Assembly: GCF_018350175.1 (NCBI RefSeq)
Contig: NC_058368.1
Coordinates: forward strand, 164,178,001 to 164,242,000
Source: Felis catus
Lineage: Eukaryota
DNA: 64,000 nucleotides
Direction of reading: 5' to 3'
The notes beneath the pieces are model-generated. The model was not told the DNA's origin. It ran no database searches and saw only the letters and a program-made list of their open reading frames with translations. Shown here in pieces: positions 23,932-37,135 of the stretch. Each line of letters opens with the position of its first letter. The stretch's first letter is position 1. Position numbers and translations under genes: made by a program.

Positions 23932-26230
23932 AAGAAATTCTGAAATTGTTAAAAAGCTTTTAAAGTAACAAGAATAATCTTGTTAATCTTCTATCTTTGG
24001 GGGAAGAGGTAATGGTAAAATAATCATTGTCCATGGAAAAAACAGCAGCACTCCAATGAAAATCTAGTAACAAATGCACATGGAATCAAATAAACATCAT
24101 CCATTTTCTTCCAGTTTAAAAGCCCCCATAAGTTCCAAAGGCAGATTTTTCTTAAACCCTCCTCCCCAAAAGATTTTTTTTAAATCCCTAACAACAATCC
24201 TTGGCATTGGTGAATAGCATGATTCTGAGTTCAAACCCGTTTCCTACCTCAGGCTTAACGTTGAAAGTCACAGTTTTAATAGAATGATTCATTTTGGAGA
24301 GGTAGGCAGCCAAGTAATCATGTTAGATACTGGCTGTTTATTAATAATAAATGTAAAATACCCAGAGAAAATCTACATCCTTAAGTTAATCAGACAAGTG
24401 GCTTCAGGAGTTACAACACAAAATCTTTTAGCTATTTCTTGAAAACACAAGAGCACCCGAGTTCAATATTGATGGAAAAAAAATCCGTAAGCACAGACAT
24501 GGAATACACAATGAATCTCTTGTATAGTCTACACAGTGAATGTGTTTTATGTCAGTGTATGTGCATGTACAGCAAAAGGAATCTCTATCTAGGAAAGTGT
24601 GACTTGTGGTTAAAGGACTTGCTCAAGTGAGCTAAATTACTTTCAAGTGCCTGGCTCTCCGTAATGCCATGTGATTTAATGTTGCTCCTCCTGATCCATT
24701 CACTTCTATGTGACAGAAACTTCCAAGGAAGGTCAGTGGTATATCTAAGAGATTATGACAGCTGAATTATGGTTTCAAACAGGTTTGGCTTTTATACTAC
24801 CCTAGAAAATGAAATAGCTTTTGATTTATAGTCATTTTACATTAATATGCATTTCTCTCTTGTATTTCACTTGAAATTAGGCAGGCCAGGTTTATACATT
24901 CCACATTACTTCTTGAGATGCCTTCTGAATTACATATTTTAAACAAATCATTCTGACTAAGTTGACATCAGGTGCAAACAATGAGAGAATAAGTAAGAAG
25001 CTCTGAATTTCCCTAGCTATTAATAGCAACATTAAAGGCGTGGAGACCTCTGTATGACATGCTAGTCACGGTATATTTCTCTGCTAATGATTTTGTACCT
25101 GGCAAAAAATTTAAAAAGCACCAGATTTGAGGTTCTATGATATCCATCACTAGGTTTTTTTTTTATGTTATGAATAATTTGGGAAACACATTTTCAGGTT
25201 TCTGGGTCTTTGATGATGGGAAACTGGATCCCAAATTTTATAAACCTATCAATAGTAGAAGAGAATGTGTTTTCTTCTACCTGCTAAAATGTACTATTTC
25301 CCTTTCTGGATGGTATTGTGATCTTCTTTATTATGGCTGACTGGATAGAAACTTCACACCCCTCTGCATCCTCTTTCAGTCTACTCTGGGTGATTTTCAA
25401 GAGCTCTTGAATTCAGCCTTTACAAGGAGAGGAAGAGTGTCGACTAATAGTCCCAAATCTTAGCACTGTGGTTGACTGTAAATTTTTGAGCCTGAAGATA
25501 TGCTACTCTGGATTTTCTTAAGTCTAGGTTTTTGAGTGTAAAAAGAAATGTATTTTATAACACAGGAACACTAACTTACATTTGCTTTACCTCACTCTAT
25601 GTACTGTATGAAAGAGTGGATGTAGTATCACTAATTCATTGATTTACTTAACAAATGTTTTTCATGTGCCTGTTGTCCACCAGATATTGTTTGAGAAACT
25701 GAGGATACAGAGATACTATAACAATATCAATGCCTTTACAGTGCTAATTTTTCACCAATGAATTAATGTTATTAGTATTATATATTGAAATTAACTCAGA
25801 ACACTTAGGATTTTATTATCTAATAAAAATCTCACAATTACTTACCCAGAAAAAGAAGGGAATATTAGGAGAGAAACAATAGTTTTATCTATGCATAATG
25901 GGGGTTGAAAGGGATGGAAAAGTTCTGCAGGAGGCGGTGATGGTGAGGCCCTCGGTCATGCTTCATTCATCAGGAATGGCCTTTCGTTGGTACAAGGACA
26001 CTTATATTTTAGCGCAGATAGTGACTCATTCCTCAGTAAACCAAGTGCTTCCTGCATGCCTGATATATTTATCTGAATTATGTGAAATTATGTGAAATAA
26101 GGCATCTCTTTATAGTATTCAGAATGCTCACTTTGAGCATGGCAACTCAAAATGGAAACTATTTTAAAGACAGAATTATATGGTTTTACTGAAGAAAGAG
26201 ACATGGGACTTCATTAAAAAAAATGACCTG

Positions 26231-26431
26231 ATTTATATTTCCCTGATGATGAGAACAAACTGAGGGTTGATGGGAGGGAGGAGGGGGTGATGGACACTGA
26301 GGAGGGCACTTGTTGGGATGAGCACTGGGTATTGTATGTACACGATGAATCACGGGAATCTACTGAAGCCAAGAGCGCACTGTGCACACTGTATGTTAGC
26401 TAACCTGACAATAGATTATATTTAGGAAAGA
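26231..26431 (+). mobile_element. Short carnivore L1 3' end with a small inverted 5' segment
   Basis: GAGAACAAACTGAGGGTTGATGGG..GGATGAGCACTGGGT L1 3'UTR, A tail; 15-bp TSD AAAAAAAATGACCTG at 26216-26230 and 26432-26446. Confidence 0.92.
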
Positions 26432-26561
26432 AAAAAAAATGACCTGTAATAAAATTGCATGAACATATTCTCATAACCTCCTGAAAATATCCGAATGCAA
26501 CTAAGTTCTTTATTAATAGAAAGTTTACAGTTTTTTTGGAGTGTTAGAAGCTTTCACTCTT

Positions 26562-27691
26562 TTTTTTTTTTTCAAGAGGGAAAAGGATTTATTAGCCCAT
26601 TTACAGGGCGGGGTGCCAGGGGCAGTGGCTGGGTTCAGTGTTCTCACATTCAGAGGGAAGAGAAGGCAGCAGTGAAACCCTACCTGACTGCCCTCACTCA
26701 TTCTGATCTACATAGCTTTGTGCTCACAAAAACCATCCTCTCCTCCTGCAGGGAGGACACAGGGCCCAGGATGCTGACGTAGGGGCTGGGAATGGCTTGG
26801 CTTTACTCTCAGCCTTTACAGGCAGGGCTTGGGCTGGCGACCCAGGGCATTCGCCATTGTGTGCACAAGGAGTAAAACTTGAGTTAGAAGAAAAGGGCGG
26901 AGGGAGCTGGCAAGCCATTCTGACGGTCTGTACCAACCCCACAGTGTGGTCTGCTCCTACTCCTTGATGGTTCTGGGAGATTTTAACCTTATTTATAAAG
27001 AAGAAAAAAATCCGGGGCGCCTGGGTGGCGCAGTCGGTTGAGCGTCCGACTTCAGCCAGGTCACGATCTCGCCGTCCGTGAGTTCGAGCCCCGCGTCGGG
27101 CTCTGGGCTGATGGCTCAGAGCCTGGAGCCTGTTTCCGATTCTGTGTCTCCCTCTCTCTCTGCCCCTCCCCCGTTCATGCTCTGTCTCTCTCTGTCCCAA
27201 AAATAAATAAACGTTGAAAAAAATTTTTTTTAAAAAAGAAGACAAAAATCCAAGCAGCATTAATTTAGGGGAACAAAGAAGGGTTCAAAAAACAAAACAA
27301 AACATGGAGGGGCAGGACAAGGAGTTGATGAGCATCCAGAAGAGGAGGAGAACCAGTAGGAAGAAGTAGGAAGAACCAGTATTCCACCCAGTGCCAAATG
27401 TGCTTCTGTGTCTCTGCGGCCCCGGAGGCCCTTCCTTCCCGCTCCCCGGCTGGTGGCCAGACAGCAGAGGGGACGCCAGAGGGACGTGAAGATGAGCCCC
27501 GGGGCCGTGTCTGGCTGCTGACATGGGGGGTGCCATGGATTCTTTTTACCCCAATCAATTCCTCCCACCTTCACCATCACCGAGTGAAGAAATTTTTAAC
27601 TCTCCTGTCCAAAGTCCTCTGAGAATTTCTTCACTTTCAGGAAGTCCTCTGCATTCACAGTGGGCTGAGTGGTGGCCAGAGACCGGAGCAT
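26562..27691 (-). pseudogene. VPS4A: 5'-truncated processed VPS4A retrocopy (last 31 codons plus 3'UTR and poly(A))
   Basis: 27691-27596 translates [31 protein letters not shown], matching the recalled VPS4A C-terminus [37 protein letters not shown] at 26588-26593; poly(A) at ~26560-26572; 17-bp TSD TAGAAGCTTTCACTCTT at 26545-26561 and 27691-27707. Confidence 0.95.
27014..27234 (+). mobile_element. Young SINEC_Fc inside the VPS4A retrocopy 3'UTR
   Basis: CpG-intact consensus-like head; TSD AAAGAAGA(A/C)AAAAATCC at 26997-27013 and 27235-27251. Confidence 0.97.
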
Positions 27692-30379
27692 AGAAGCTTT
27701 CACTCTTACAGGGACCAGTTAACCAGGAGCTCTGATTCCCATGGCAGGAAATATTTTTTCTTTAATATTACAGATTTATGCCTAAATACAAGAAGCAGTT
27801 TGTGCTGCTAGAACTGATGATCCTCCTACTCTTCTTGTCTTTTCAGCTAAGCTTCGTTTAAAGATCAGGTCTATGCAGGCTTGCTTCCAGCTCAATCTAT
27901 ACTTCTCCACATATTGCTATCTGCATCATCATTACTGATTTGCTATTTACTACTATATTATATGAATCCCTAAACGTTGAGATATGGACTCTGTGCCTAC
28001 CATGTGCTGTGCTTGAATCAATAAGCTGTAAGTAAATGAGTAATAAAAGCTCTTTAACATTGAAGAGTTTACAGGCGAGTACAGTTACTCTTGACAATAG
28101 ATGAACATTAGACTCAACTGAGAACTTTAAAAAAAAAATGTGGTTGCTTATTCCTCACCAAGTCTGAGTGCAGAATTATTTCAGTACCTTAAAATTTTTC
28201 TCTATGTGATTTTATTGCATGTCTGCATGCCCCTTGGAAGTGTAAGAGATGGCCTTGACAACAAATTAGGTGTTAAAGAATACAACAAATATCATTTTCT
28301 GGGGACAGCATATAGCGCGCTTGCAGATGGGAGGGTCTCTAACTCTGTGTGGACAGGTCACCTGACTGAAAAAATGATATTTGAGCTTAAAGATGATTGG
28401 AATCAGATAGGTAGAGAAGATAGAGAAGCTCAATTGTATGCAAAGTGCCCAGAGGCATGAAATAACTAATATTATAACAGTCTTCTAGTACATAGAAAAA
28501 TTCTGAGAGTTGTATAGTGAATACACATTTACCTTTACCTATATCTCAAAATTGTTAACATTCTAAAATAGCCTTTTGAAAAAAAAAAAAAAAAGAACCA
28601 AAACCAAACCCTAACTAAACAACAAACCTTTAGCTTCTTCTTAATGCAACTATCATGGAAATATGGCATTTGGAGTTCTAATTATACTTATGTTGATGCA
28701 TAAATAATATGCCCTTAAAAATTAATATCACCCTATCAAAATAATCTTACTGCAATTATGCAACAGCAGTCTAATTTATCTGTACAGTTTTATCTAATTC
28801 TAAAAGTCTGATCCTCTGTGTGTGCATGTTTTGCTAACAAAATACATTAAACATATGATTTGCTCTATATAAATAGATTTGCTCTATTTTTAAGATAATA
28901 TTTTATGAAAACCTCTCTTCCTCTCTGCACTCCCATTTGTGAGAATGTATTGCCATATTTCTTTGGGAAGTTATTTGATATATTCCAGTTCTGAGATGCT
29001 TGTTTGCTCTCCATGAATGCCTTTGGTAATACTGAAGAAGGAAGAAGAAGACTGTCAATAAGTTATTTGAGACGCAATACACAGTAGTATGTTTTCCATT
29101 AGAAATTTGAAAATTAGTGACTCTGGAAAAAAGGGCATGAGTTATAACAATTTTTTTTTGACCACAAAGGTAAATATCAGAGGTAGACAGTGTATCAGCT
29201 TTCATATCATTTTTTGGAACCATATATTGCTTATATTCAGGAGCATGTTGGATATTTTTCCATACTCAATCCTGTGTTCTGTATTGACTGACTTGTCTTT
29301 GATTTTAATTATGCAGCATGTGCTATTAGGGCATTGGAAATTTCACAAAATAAAGCATTTAGACTAAACTGTTTCTCGATTACCTTCTAAGACATATGTC
29401 TTATAACTCTATGTAACATCCTTTAAAATTGTGCTAAAATACCATTTTGGTTCATGAAATTATTTCAAAATTTTTGGAATTATTCCAACTTGTTCATTGA
29501 TTTTCACTATGTCATCTAAGAATGTATTTCTCGAGCAGCACACGATACACATAAAAGAAAACGTTCGTATTATAGAAGAGGTTCCTATATTAAGATAATT
29601 ATTAATTCAGGAAATAGAAAAGTTGTCAGAACCACTGAGGTGGGATTTAGAGTTCTGCTCAGCGTTAAGCATTATTTTATTAGTCATCACCTTAAACTGA
29701 AACCATTTGAATCTGCTTTTGGTAGTTTATTTTTGCTCCAAACAGATCGTGCTTATGAATTGCAAATGGGTGAAATTACTGCAGTATTACATGTTATTAA
29801 GGGTTAATGTCTGCGGTTGTCAGATCAGAACTCTCAAATGCAAATGTCTCTCAGGTGCTCATGTAGTCAGGAATGACTTTCAGGATGGATATGCTAGTTT
29901 GAAGCGTGGATTAAGTCATTTCTGAAGTGATTCTACTTCTTTTCCTTTGGGCTGGACTAACTGGTACCTCCATGTTAGACTTATGGTGACTTACCAGACC
30001 TATAAATGTGAAGCCTGATCTGTGGCTCTAGAAAGGAAAAATAAATTATTGGCCACTTCAGGAATTCAGACTGCTGCTGGTAAGCAAAATATTTTTATAA
30101 ACACTATCACTTGAGAAGGGCACATATCCCAGATTTCCAGTGTACCTTCTGCTGCTTTGATTTTGGGGACTTTGAATAGCCTATACATTTTAATATATGT
30201 TAACAGGAATATTTGCATTAAGTGTAGCTGCTGTTGTTGTTATTATTATTATTATTTCCTTCAAAATCAACACTAAGATTTTTGGCTTGAAGTGGATGTT
30301 CTTTAAAATGCTGACTGCCCAGCATGAATTTCCATTTCTTAGCAATACCCTGATTTTCTTTTGAAAAACTCTCTCTCCC

Positions 30380-30575
30380 ATTGTATGTAGCAAGGGGAGT
30401 TAGCCATATTGGCTTACTGAAGCTGGCAGGTCCTCCCCATCTCAATACTCCTGTGTAATCAAGGGTGTACCTGTGAACCCCAAGTTTAGGCAAATAGAGT
30501 CTCTGTTTTAGGGTTATAAATCTTGAGTAGAATCAAACAGGGCAAAATAAATAGCTAGAACTCATTCCATCAGTT

Positions 30576-30614
<39 letters not shown>

Positions 30615-30772
30615 TCTTTTCCTTCCAGAAAAGTAGTTCTCATCTGGGTTCTTGCTCTGATTTGAAACCTGGGTGTCCACAATTCCATCTACTTGGTAAT
30701 GCCCTGATATTCTTCTAATCACTTTCTCTTTATTTAAGTTATCTTGGATGGGTTTCTGTTACTTTAAACAAA
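30380..30772 (+). mobile_element. Old MaLR (MLT1) LTR remnant containing (GTT)n at ~30577-30613
   Basis: Ends TTTAAGTTATCTTGGATGGGTTTCTGTTACTTTAAAC, typical of MLT1 3' ends. Confidence 0.6.
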
Positions 30773-31391
30773 TTCATATAGGGCGCACCAAAGTTCAGTT
30801 ACGTTGTTAAGTAACACTAGTAACTTTGAGCAAGGAAATTAATACAGCTTTTCAGCTTCTGGTCCAGACTGTTGTTGGTGTCTGGAGACTATCAATTAAC
30901 TGCCACCTTTTTTTAATCTTTTTTAAACTTTGAAAAGTCATTTTGCTCTTGACCTTCAGAAATGAACAATTCTAATAAAATATTAAAAGATATGGACCTG
31001 ATTTATTTTAGTAGAATTAAAATGAAAGGGGAGAGGGTTTTTTTTTTTTAGCTTGACAATATCGATGTCTACTTTCCTCTAATTTTAATGCAGAAGCTGT
31101 CAGTGTACATTAGAGACAAGTCAGTAAATCTTTACAGAGAGGAGACTTTGAAAAATACTCTCCTGATGATCCATTTCCCTCTTGAGACCAGAACCACACT
31201 ATACATGATATACAATATGTCTCAACCAAAGTGGAAAATATAGCTAATTATCATTTTAGTCAAACACATCAGGGATTACAAAAAAAAAAAAGATAGGCAA
31301 ATATAGCCTATTTCTAATTACCTGGGGAGAGAAACTTCAGTTTGTGAATTATGTTTTCATAGCTCTTCTTCCTCTCTATTATTCTTGTCTG

Positions 31392-31395
<4 letters not shown>

Positions 31396-31464
<69 letters not shown>
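31396..31464. repeat. (TC)n(TG)n microsatellite
   Basis: Directly visible. Confidence 0.98.
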
Positions 31465-31466
<2 letters not shown>

Positions 31467-32399
31467 TGGGGGTGGTTATCACCTATTTTAACCTTTCTAT
31501 TGCTCATTTGCAACAAAAAAAAAAGAGAATGCATGAGCAAGATTTCAGCCCACAGTGCTCTCTTAAGAGGTAGATGGAAAGCAATCGCTTCTATTGAAAT
31601 CATGCCCGTTTCACTCAATTTCCCTGATACACAAACTTATATAAATAAGCTAGAGAGCTTCTTAAATATTCCACTGATTTTCACTGTCGTGGAAGAGTTT
31701 GGTCCTGTTACAGTGCAGCTGCCTAACTTCTGTATGACCTTGGAAACATTGTTTAACCTTTTTTAGGACTTGGTCTTCATGCTGCACAATGAAGTACTTG
31801 GATTGAGTGATCTCTAAGGACGTTTTTTCCTCGAAAATGAGAAAAGTGATATTATTACAATTGATTGTCAACATATGCATCTCTAGGATCAATTTCTTCA
31901 GCTGAGTGAAGTCAAATTCTGGTAACTAATCTACTTTTCTGTGGGGAAAAAAAGTCAACCACAAAGATTGTGTATAATTTGCTATGTTTCCTCAGTATTA
32001 GTTTTAGGCTTTAGGTAGGGTGTCTCTTCATGCAGTGCAATCTATGCTTAAAATACCTCATGGACAGGATGACTCATCTAGTTTTAAAATTAAATCGTAC
32101 TGGCCAAAACATGGTATTTGAATCAGATCCTCTGAATTTTAGGTTGAAATTGGAAGCTTAGTGCTCGGTATTGCTTTTGAGTGGTTTACTAGCCTGAATA
32201 TAAGACCTTTATGCTCTGCCTGTGTGAGAGAAGTATTTTATAGTGTAGAGTACTATGTGGTTTATCTCTCAATTAAGGAAATATTTTTTCTATAAATCTC
32301 AGAATAAGTTTAATTCCACAAACATTTATTGTGTGCCAGGGATGATTGTGGAAGATAATGGTACAAAATAAAATAATTGCTGTATTATGCGATAGTAAG

Positions 32400-34915
32400 C
32401 TGCAACTGTCTACTTACTGACTATTCTTTTCCAAATTTCAACTCCTTTTTTTCACTCTACCTGTACATTAACTTCAAAGAAACTGTTCAATCCTTGATTT
32501 TTCGATGTTCTAGTTCTCTATCTTAGCTTTGTTTTCTTCCGCATTTAATCTTGAAACTGTGAACCACATTTTCATCTCCCTCCCTCCAATAACCTCAACA
32601 GCTTTGTTTCCGTGTCTTTCTCAATACCTGCACTTTGAAGCCTAGTCGTCAACCTGGATTATCTCTTTGACTACGTTCAGGCAAACGGCCACTGCTAAAG
32701 GGAATCATATAACTATGGAAGGAAGGGAGAGAACAGATTTATAGTTTCTAGCTTCAGGCAGGTACTTAAATCTTCCTCGAAATCCTTTAAGCTTTTCATC
32801 AGTCTCTCTTGTATGCATTATTATTCTAGACTCCCATAACTCTTCTCAGATTCCCTACTCCTATCCTTTGACTCACAGAAGTTGGCTGTGCGTTAGAATT
32901 CATAGAGAAAACAGACTAAACTAGGAGGATTTTTCTCATTTCTCAACCTAACTGTATCCACTCTGCCTTTTCCTTCTCTTCTCACAGGAAGCGGTCATTC
33001 TTTCTGTTAAAAAAAAAATCCCTCATACTTTGCTATGGATCCCATCATTCCCATTTCCTTAGGGACTTCAGTCCATCAAATATCATGGCTGAATCTCATA
33101 ACTGGAAGACTCCTATGCCACTCCTTTCAACAAATTTCCATGTCTCCAACCTAAAACAGTTAATAAACCCAGAACTCACTTCAATCTTATGTATTTTACT
33201 AGGCATCACACCATACAATTCTGTCCATTAACAGTCAAGTTTATTCAAAGACTATCTCTCACCTCCTGTTCATGGCATGTACATGTAACTCACTGTGTTT
33301 AGAATCCCATCCCTGGAAATTACTGGAACTGCTTTTGCCAATATTGCCCAAAACCTCTAATTATAAGATTGAGTAATTTATAGTTCTGTTTTTAAAGTTT
33401 ATGTATTTACGTATTTAGAGAGCAGGGGAGTGGCAGAAAGAGAAGGAGAAAGAGAGGAATCCCAAGCAGGCTCCACACTGTCAGTGCAGAACCCAATGCA
33501 AGGCTCGAACTGTTGAACCTTGAGATCATGACCTGAGCTGAAATCGAGTCAAATTCTTAACTGACTGGGCAACTGAGGTACCCCTATGGTTTGTATATAA
33601 TTAATTTCTGAGTAGTATTTGATAGTATAGTTGACTATTTCATTTTCTTCACATTAAATTGCATTTCTCTCTTGGCCTCTTTTTTTTTTTTTTTTTTTTT
33701 TTTTTAGTTTTTGAATTCTGTTTCTTAGCTTCCTTTTTGGACCTGTATCCTCTACTGTACTCTCTATTTCTTTGTTTTCCATGGCTTCGTCTGAAGCCCA
33801 CTGCCTTCTCAAAAAATATACTGGGTGACACAGGTGCAGATTTTACCACCTTTTCCATCACCTCACTATTACCATCAACTGCTTCTGTGGTCTCTTCAGC
33901 ATCAGGAAGGCAAAGCTTGGAATCATGTTCCTGAGAAGACCCAGGGCTATAACAAGGAGATATGAATTGATGACTCACAATACCTGACTCAAACACAAAC
34001 TTGCTCTTATGCATCATAGCATATCTCCAACTGTTCTAAGATTGCTCCCCTTAACTGCCCAGTGGCACCTCAAATTCAACTGTGTAGGACTGAACTTAAA
34101 CTCTGTCCTAAAGCAATTGTTTCATTTTATCCCCTTTAATAAATGGCACTTCAGTTTCACTTGATTTCATAAGCTAAAAATTGGTTGGGAGTGATTTTAT
34201 ATTATTCCAGCTTTCCTCATTCCTACTGTTTCACTAAACCTCGTCAATTTCTAACTGCCTCTTCAGTGAACTTTGTCCGCTCTATATTCAGACTCTATCT
34301 TAGCCATCGTAGCTTTGTTTAGCTAAATATCAACTGTATTATTTCAATAGTCTTATAACTAATGTTTCTGTCTCTCATTTAGCTTCTTTTAATTCTCAAA
34401 TATCTGATTGTTCACACTCTTGTGTGAAATCTTCAAATGTTCTTTATTACTCTTAAGATATAATTTAAACAGTCTTGGGTATTAAAAAAAACCCATGTCT
34501 TATTCTATCTTTCCTATGTCACTCTTTACATGCAGCCCCTTTTTGGACCATTCCTTAATGCATGATCTTTGAATTTTCTGTGGCTTTGCACTATAGTCAC
34601 TTAATGCTTCCTTTCTTTGCTTCAGGAATCACTAGAAACATAATCTCCTCTCAAAAGCATTTTGATAGGCCTTAGCAGTCCACTCCCAACCATACCTATT
34701 GAATTCTTTTGTGCTGCCCTTCTCACACCTTGTTCTTACCTGCTAGCATATCACTAATTATACAGTAGTTTTGATAGTTGGGTAACTTTCTATTTAGTTT
34801 ATGAGGATGTAAGATCTTTGAGGACAGGGGCTATATCTTTTCCTGACTGCCTAACATCTTGCATAGTGCCTATAAGATATAGCTAATACAAAATAAATGA
34901 TTAATACATGAATTA
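32400..34915 (+). mobile_element. Long diverged L2 with insertions
   Basis: L2 motifs TTTGCTATGGATCCCATC, GGCACCTCAAATTCAAC, TTTGAGGACAGGG and a TGAAT-like tail at ~34895-34915. Confidence 0.75.
33389..33584 (-). mobile_element. Can-SINE
   Basis: GAATCCCAAGCAGGCTCCACACTGTCAGTGCAGA..GAGATCATGACCTGAGC. Confidence 0.92.
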
Positions 34916-36784
34916 ATTCTAGTGGCTTCCAAATCCAATGAGTTCATAAAAGTACTTTACAAATTTGTAAGGTGAGTGGGATTTTAAAGGTGAGTGGGAC
35001 TGGCCAGTCATGGACCTGGGACTCTGATTCTTATCTGCTCTGTGCCATAAACTTATAAATGACACAAACTTTCTCTAATTTCATGTTAGATAGTATGTAC
35101 TCATATCAGAATGATGTGAACAAGTTTGTTGACTATTAATGAGTTCAATGGGAAAAAAAAAGGTAACTTCCCATGTCCAGATAATATAATTTCTTGTCTG
35201 GACACGTAGTCAAGTTTCCCACAGAAGGAGCTAGGGAGATATTTATTTTTAGTTTTTTCAGCCTGGAATGGCTTATTCAAGTTAACTCCTGAATCTGCTT
35301 TCTGCCAATGGTCACTAGTCATAAAAACTGTTCCACAAAACTCCTTCAGTTTGCAATATTGACTTTCCTGTCTGTCTTTTGATTGATCTTATTTGCCCTT
35401 TGGATTCAGTACAGTTTTCTTGCTACAAACTTGAACAATAAATATTGTGGTTCTAAATCCCAGTTACATAGCCTCGGGCTTCTTTTTGAGTAAACCTTCC
35501 TTGTTTAATCTAGGCCAATGTTTCTTACTATGGATGTATACTATAAATATCTGGAGAGCTTAAAAAACATAGATTAGCAGTTTCTAGTCTGGACCAATTA
35601 GAGAAATCTCTGTATATAGGGTTCAAACATAGGCATTTTTAAAAAAGCCAGACAGGAATATTATGGACAGAGACCCAATGGCCTAACACAGTGACACTTT
35701 TGTGTTCTAAAAGCAGGACAAAAGACATCTTCTGTTCTTTGGACTAAGAGTTGAGAAGAGTCTGTAACTCTGGAGGTATAGTTTTCTATAAAGGCAATGT
35801 TTTACTAAAGGAATTCACAGATAAAGTAGGAAAAATAGGCTTTAGAATGGTACCATAAATATTTCACAGAAATTACAAGATCATTGATTCAATTTAACTG
35901 TGTTTCAAAACCAACCAAACTTTTGATGTGGCAACAAATTTTTGTAATCATGTATGGACTTTCAGTTCTTCTCCTGATTACAATGATAGGGGATACGTCT
36001 AAAATTTTTAGTTTCCAGAGGTACAATTAAGTTTTCTTTCCATTCAAGTTTTAAGTTTCCCCTCATTGACATTCAATCTAGTAGTAGTAGGAGGAGGAGG
36101 AGTAGTACCATACTGTTAAAAAACTATTAGGAACATGTACTCATTGGTTTCCATTAATGGCATTAGTACAATAAAATTTCGTTTCCAGCATTTTTGTTTC
36201 TGGGGAGCTCTAAAAGCTGAAAAGCTTAATCTCTGAAAACATTGTTTTTATTTGCAGGACAAAAATGAAATAGGTTTACTTTGAAATTAGAAATTGCTAA
36301 TCCTATTTCCTAGAGTTGTTAACAGTGAGTCACTGTTTACAATTGGATTATCCACCGAAGCAAGAGCTGCATACCATGTGTGATAGAAATTGAAAAAGCC
36401 TCTATGACTAGTGGCCATTGATTTTCTGTTACTGCACAATGGTAAATGTGTCATCTCCTTAACACTATATTCTATAGCTCTATTAAAGTGCACTTCCACG
36501 ATTAGAAGCACATGGAAGTAAGTCATTGGTGAGGAGAAAATATAAGATACAATTGCAAATTAATGAGATGGACTTCACTTTTGGCCACCCCAAAATAATA
36601 ATTTTTTTTCAAGAATGCATTTTATAAATATGTGCATGTGTTATCAAAGTCATCATGTCATTCTGGGAGATAACTGTTCTTTTTGCGTTGTTTCCATTAC
36701 TGGGATACCATATGAAACATGAGCTGATCTCCTGGTCCTCATGTTAGGATGGACATGTTATCTTCAATCTTCTGATGTAACAGT

Positions 36785-37135
36785 ATATTACTCAGTGTAC
36801 TGTAGAGAAACAGAATGTGTGTGTGGGTATGCATGTAATGACATCAGTACAATAAAAAATTTTCCCAACATTTAGTTTGTGTATCTTCATCTGTATCTAT
36901 ATCTATATGTCTCTATCACTATCTAGCTATCAAATGATTTATTATAAGGAAGCGAGGAATGGGCCCACATGATTATGGAGGCCGGCAAGTCCTAAGAGGC
37001 TGGCAAGTCCTAGGGTGATTCAGCAAGCTAGAAACCTGGGATAGCTGGTGGTGTAGTTCTAGTCCAAAGGCCAGCAGAGTCAAGACCTAAGAAAAGTTGA
37101 TGTTTTAGTTCAAGTCTGAAGGCAGGAAAAAAAAC
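36785..37135. mobile_element. MLT2 (ERVL) LTR, truncated
   Basis: AGAGAAACAGAA..GATTTATTATAAGGAA..GATTATGGAGGC..GCAAGTCC..AGTCTGAAGGCAGG motifs. Confidence 0.82.

Noticed and set aside
27014..27100. tRNA-like A and B boxes
   Set aside because: tRNA-derived head of a Can-SINE, not a tRNA gene; the same applies to every SINE head here.
26724..27260. 178-aa ORF, the longest in the track
   Set aside because: Antisense read-through of a Can-SINE plus VPS4A 3'UTR; similar peptides recur at other SINEs (e.g. 43638-43889).
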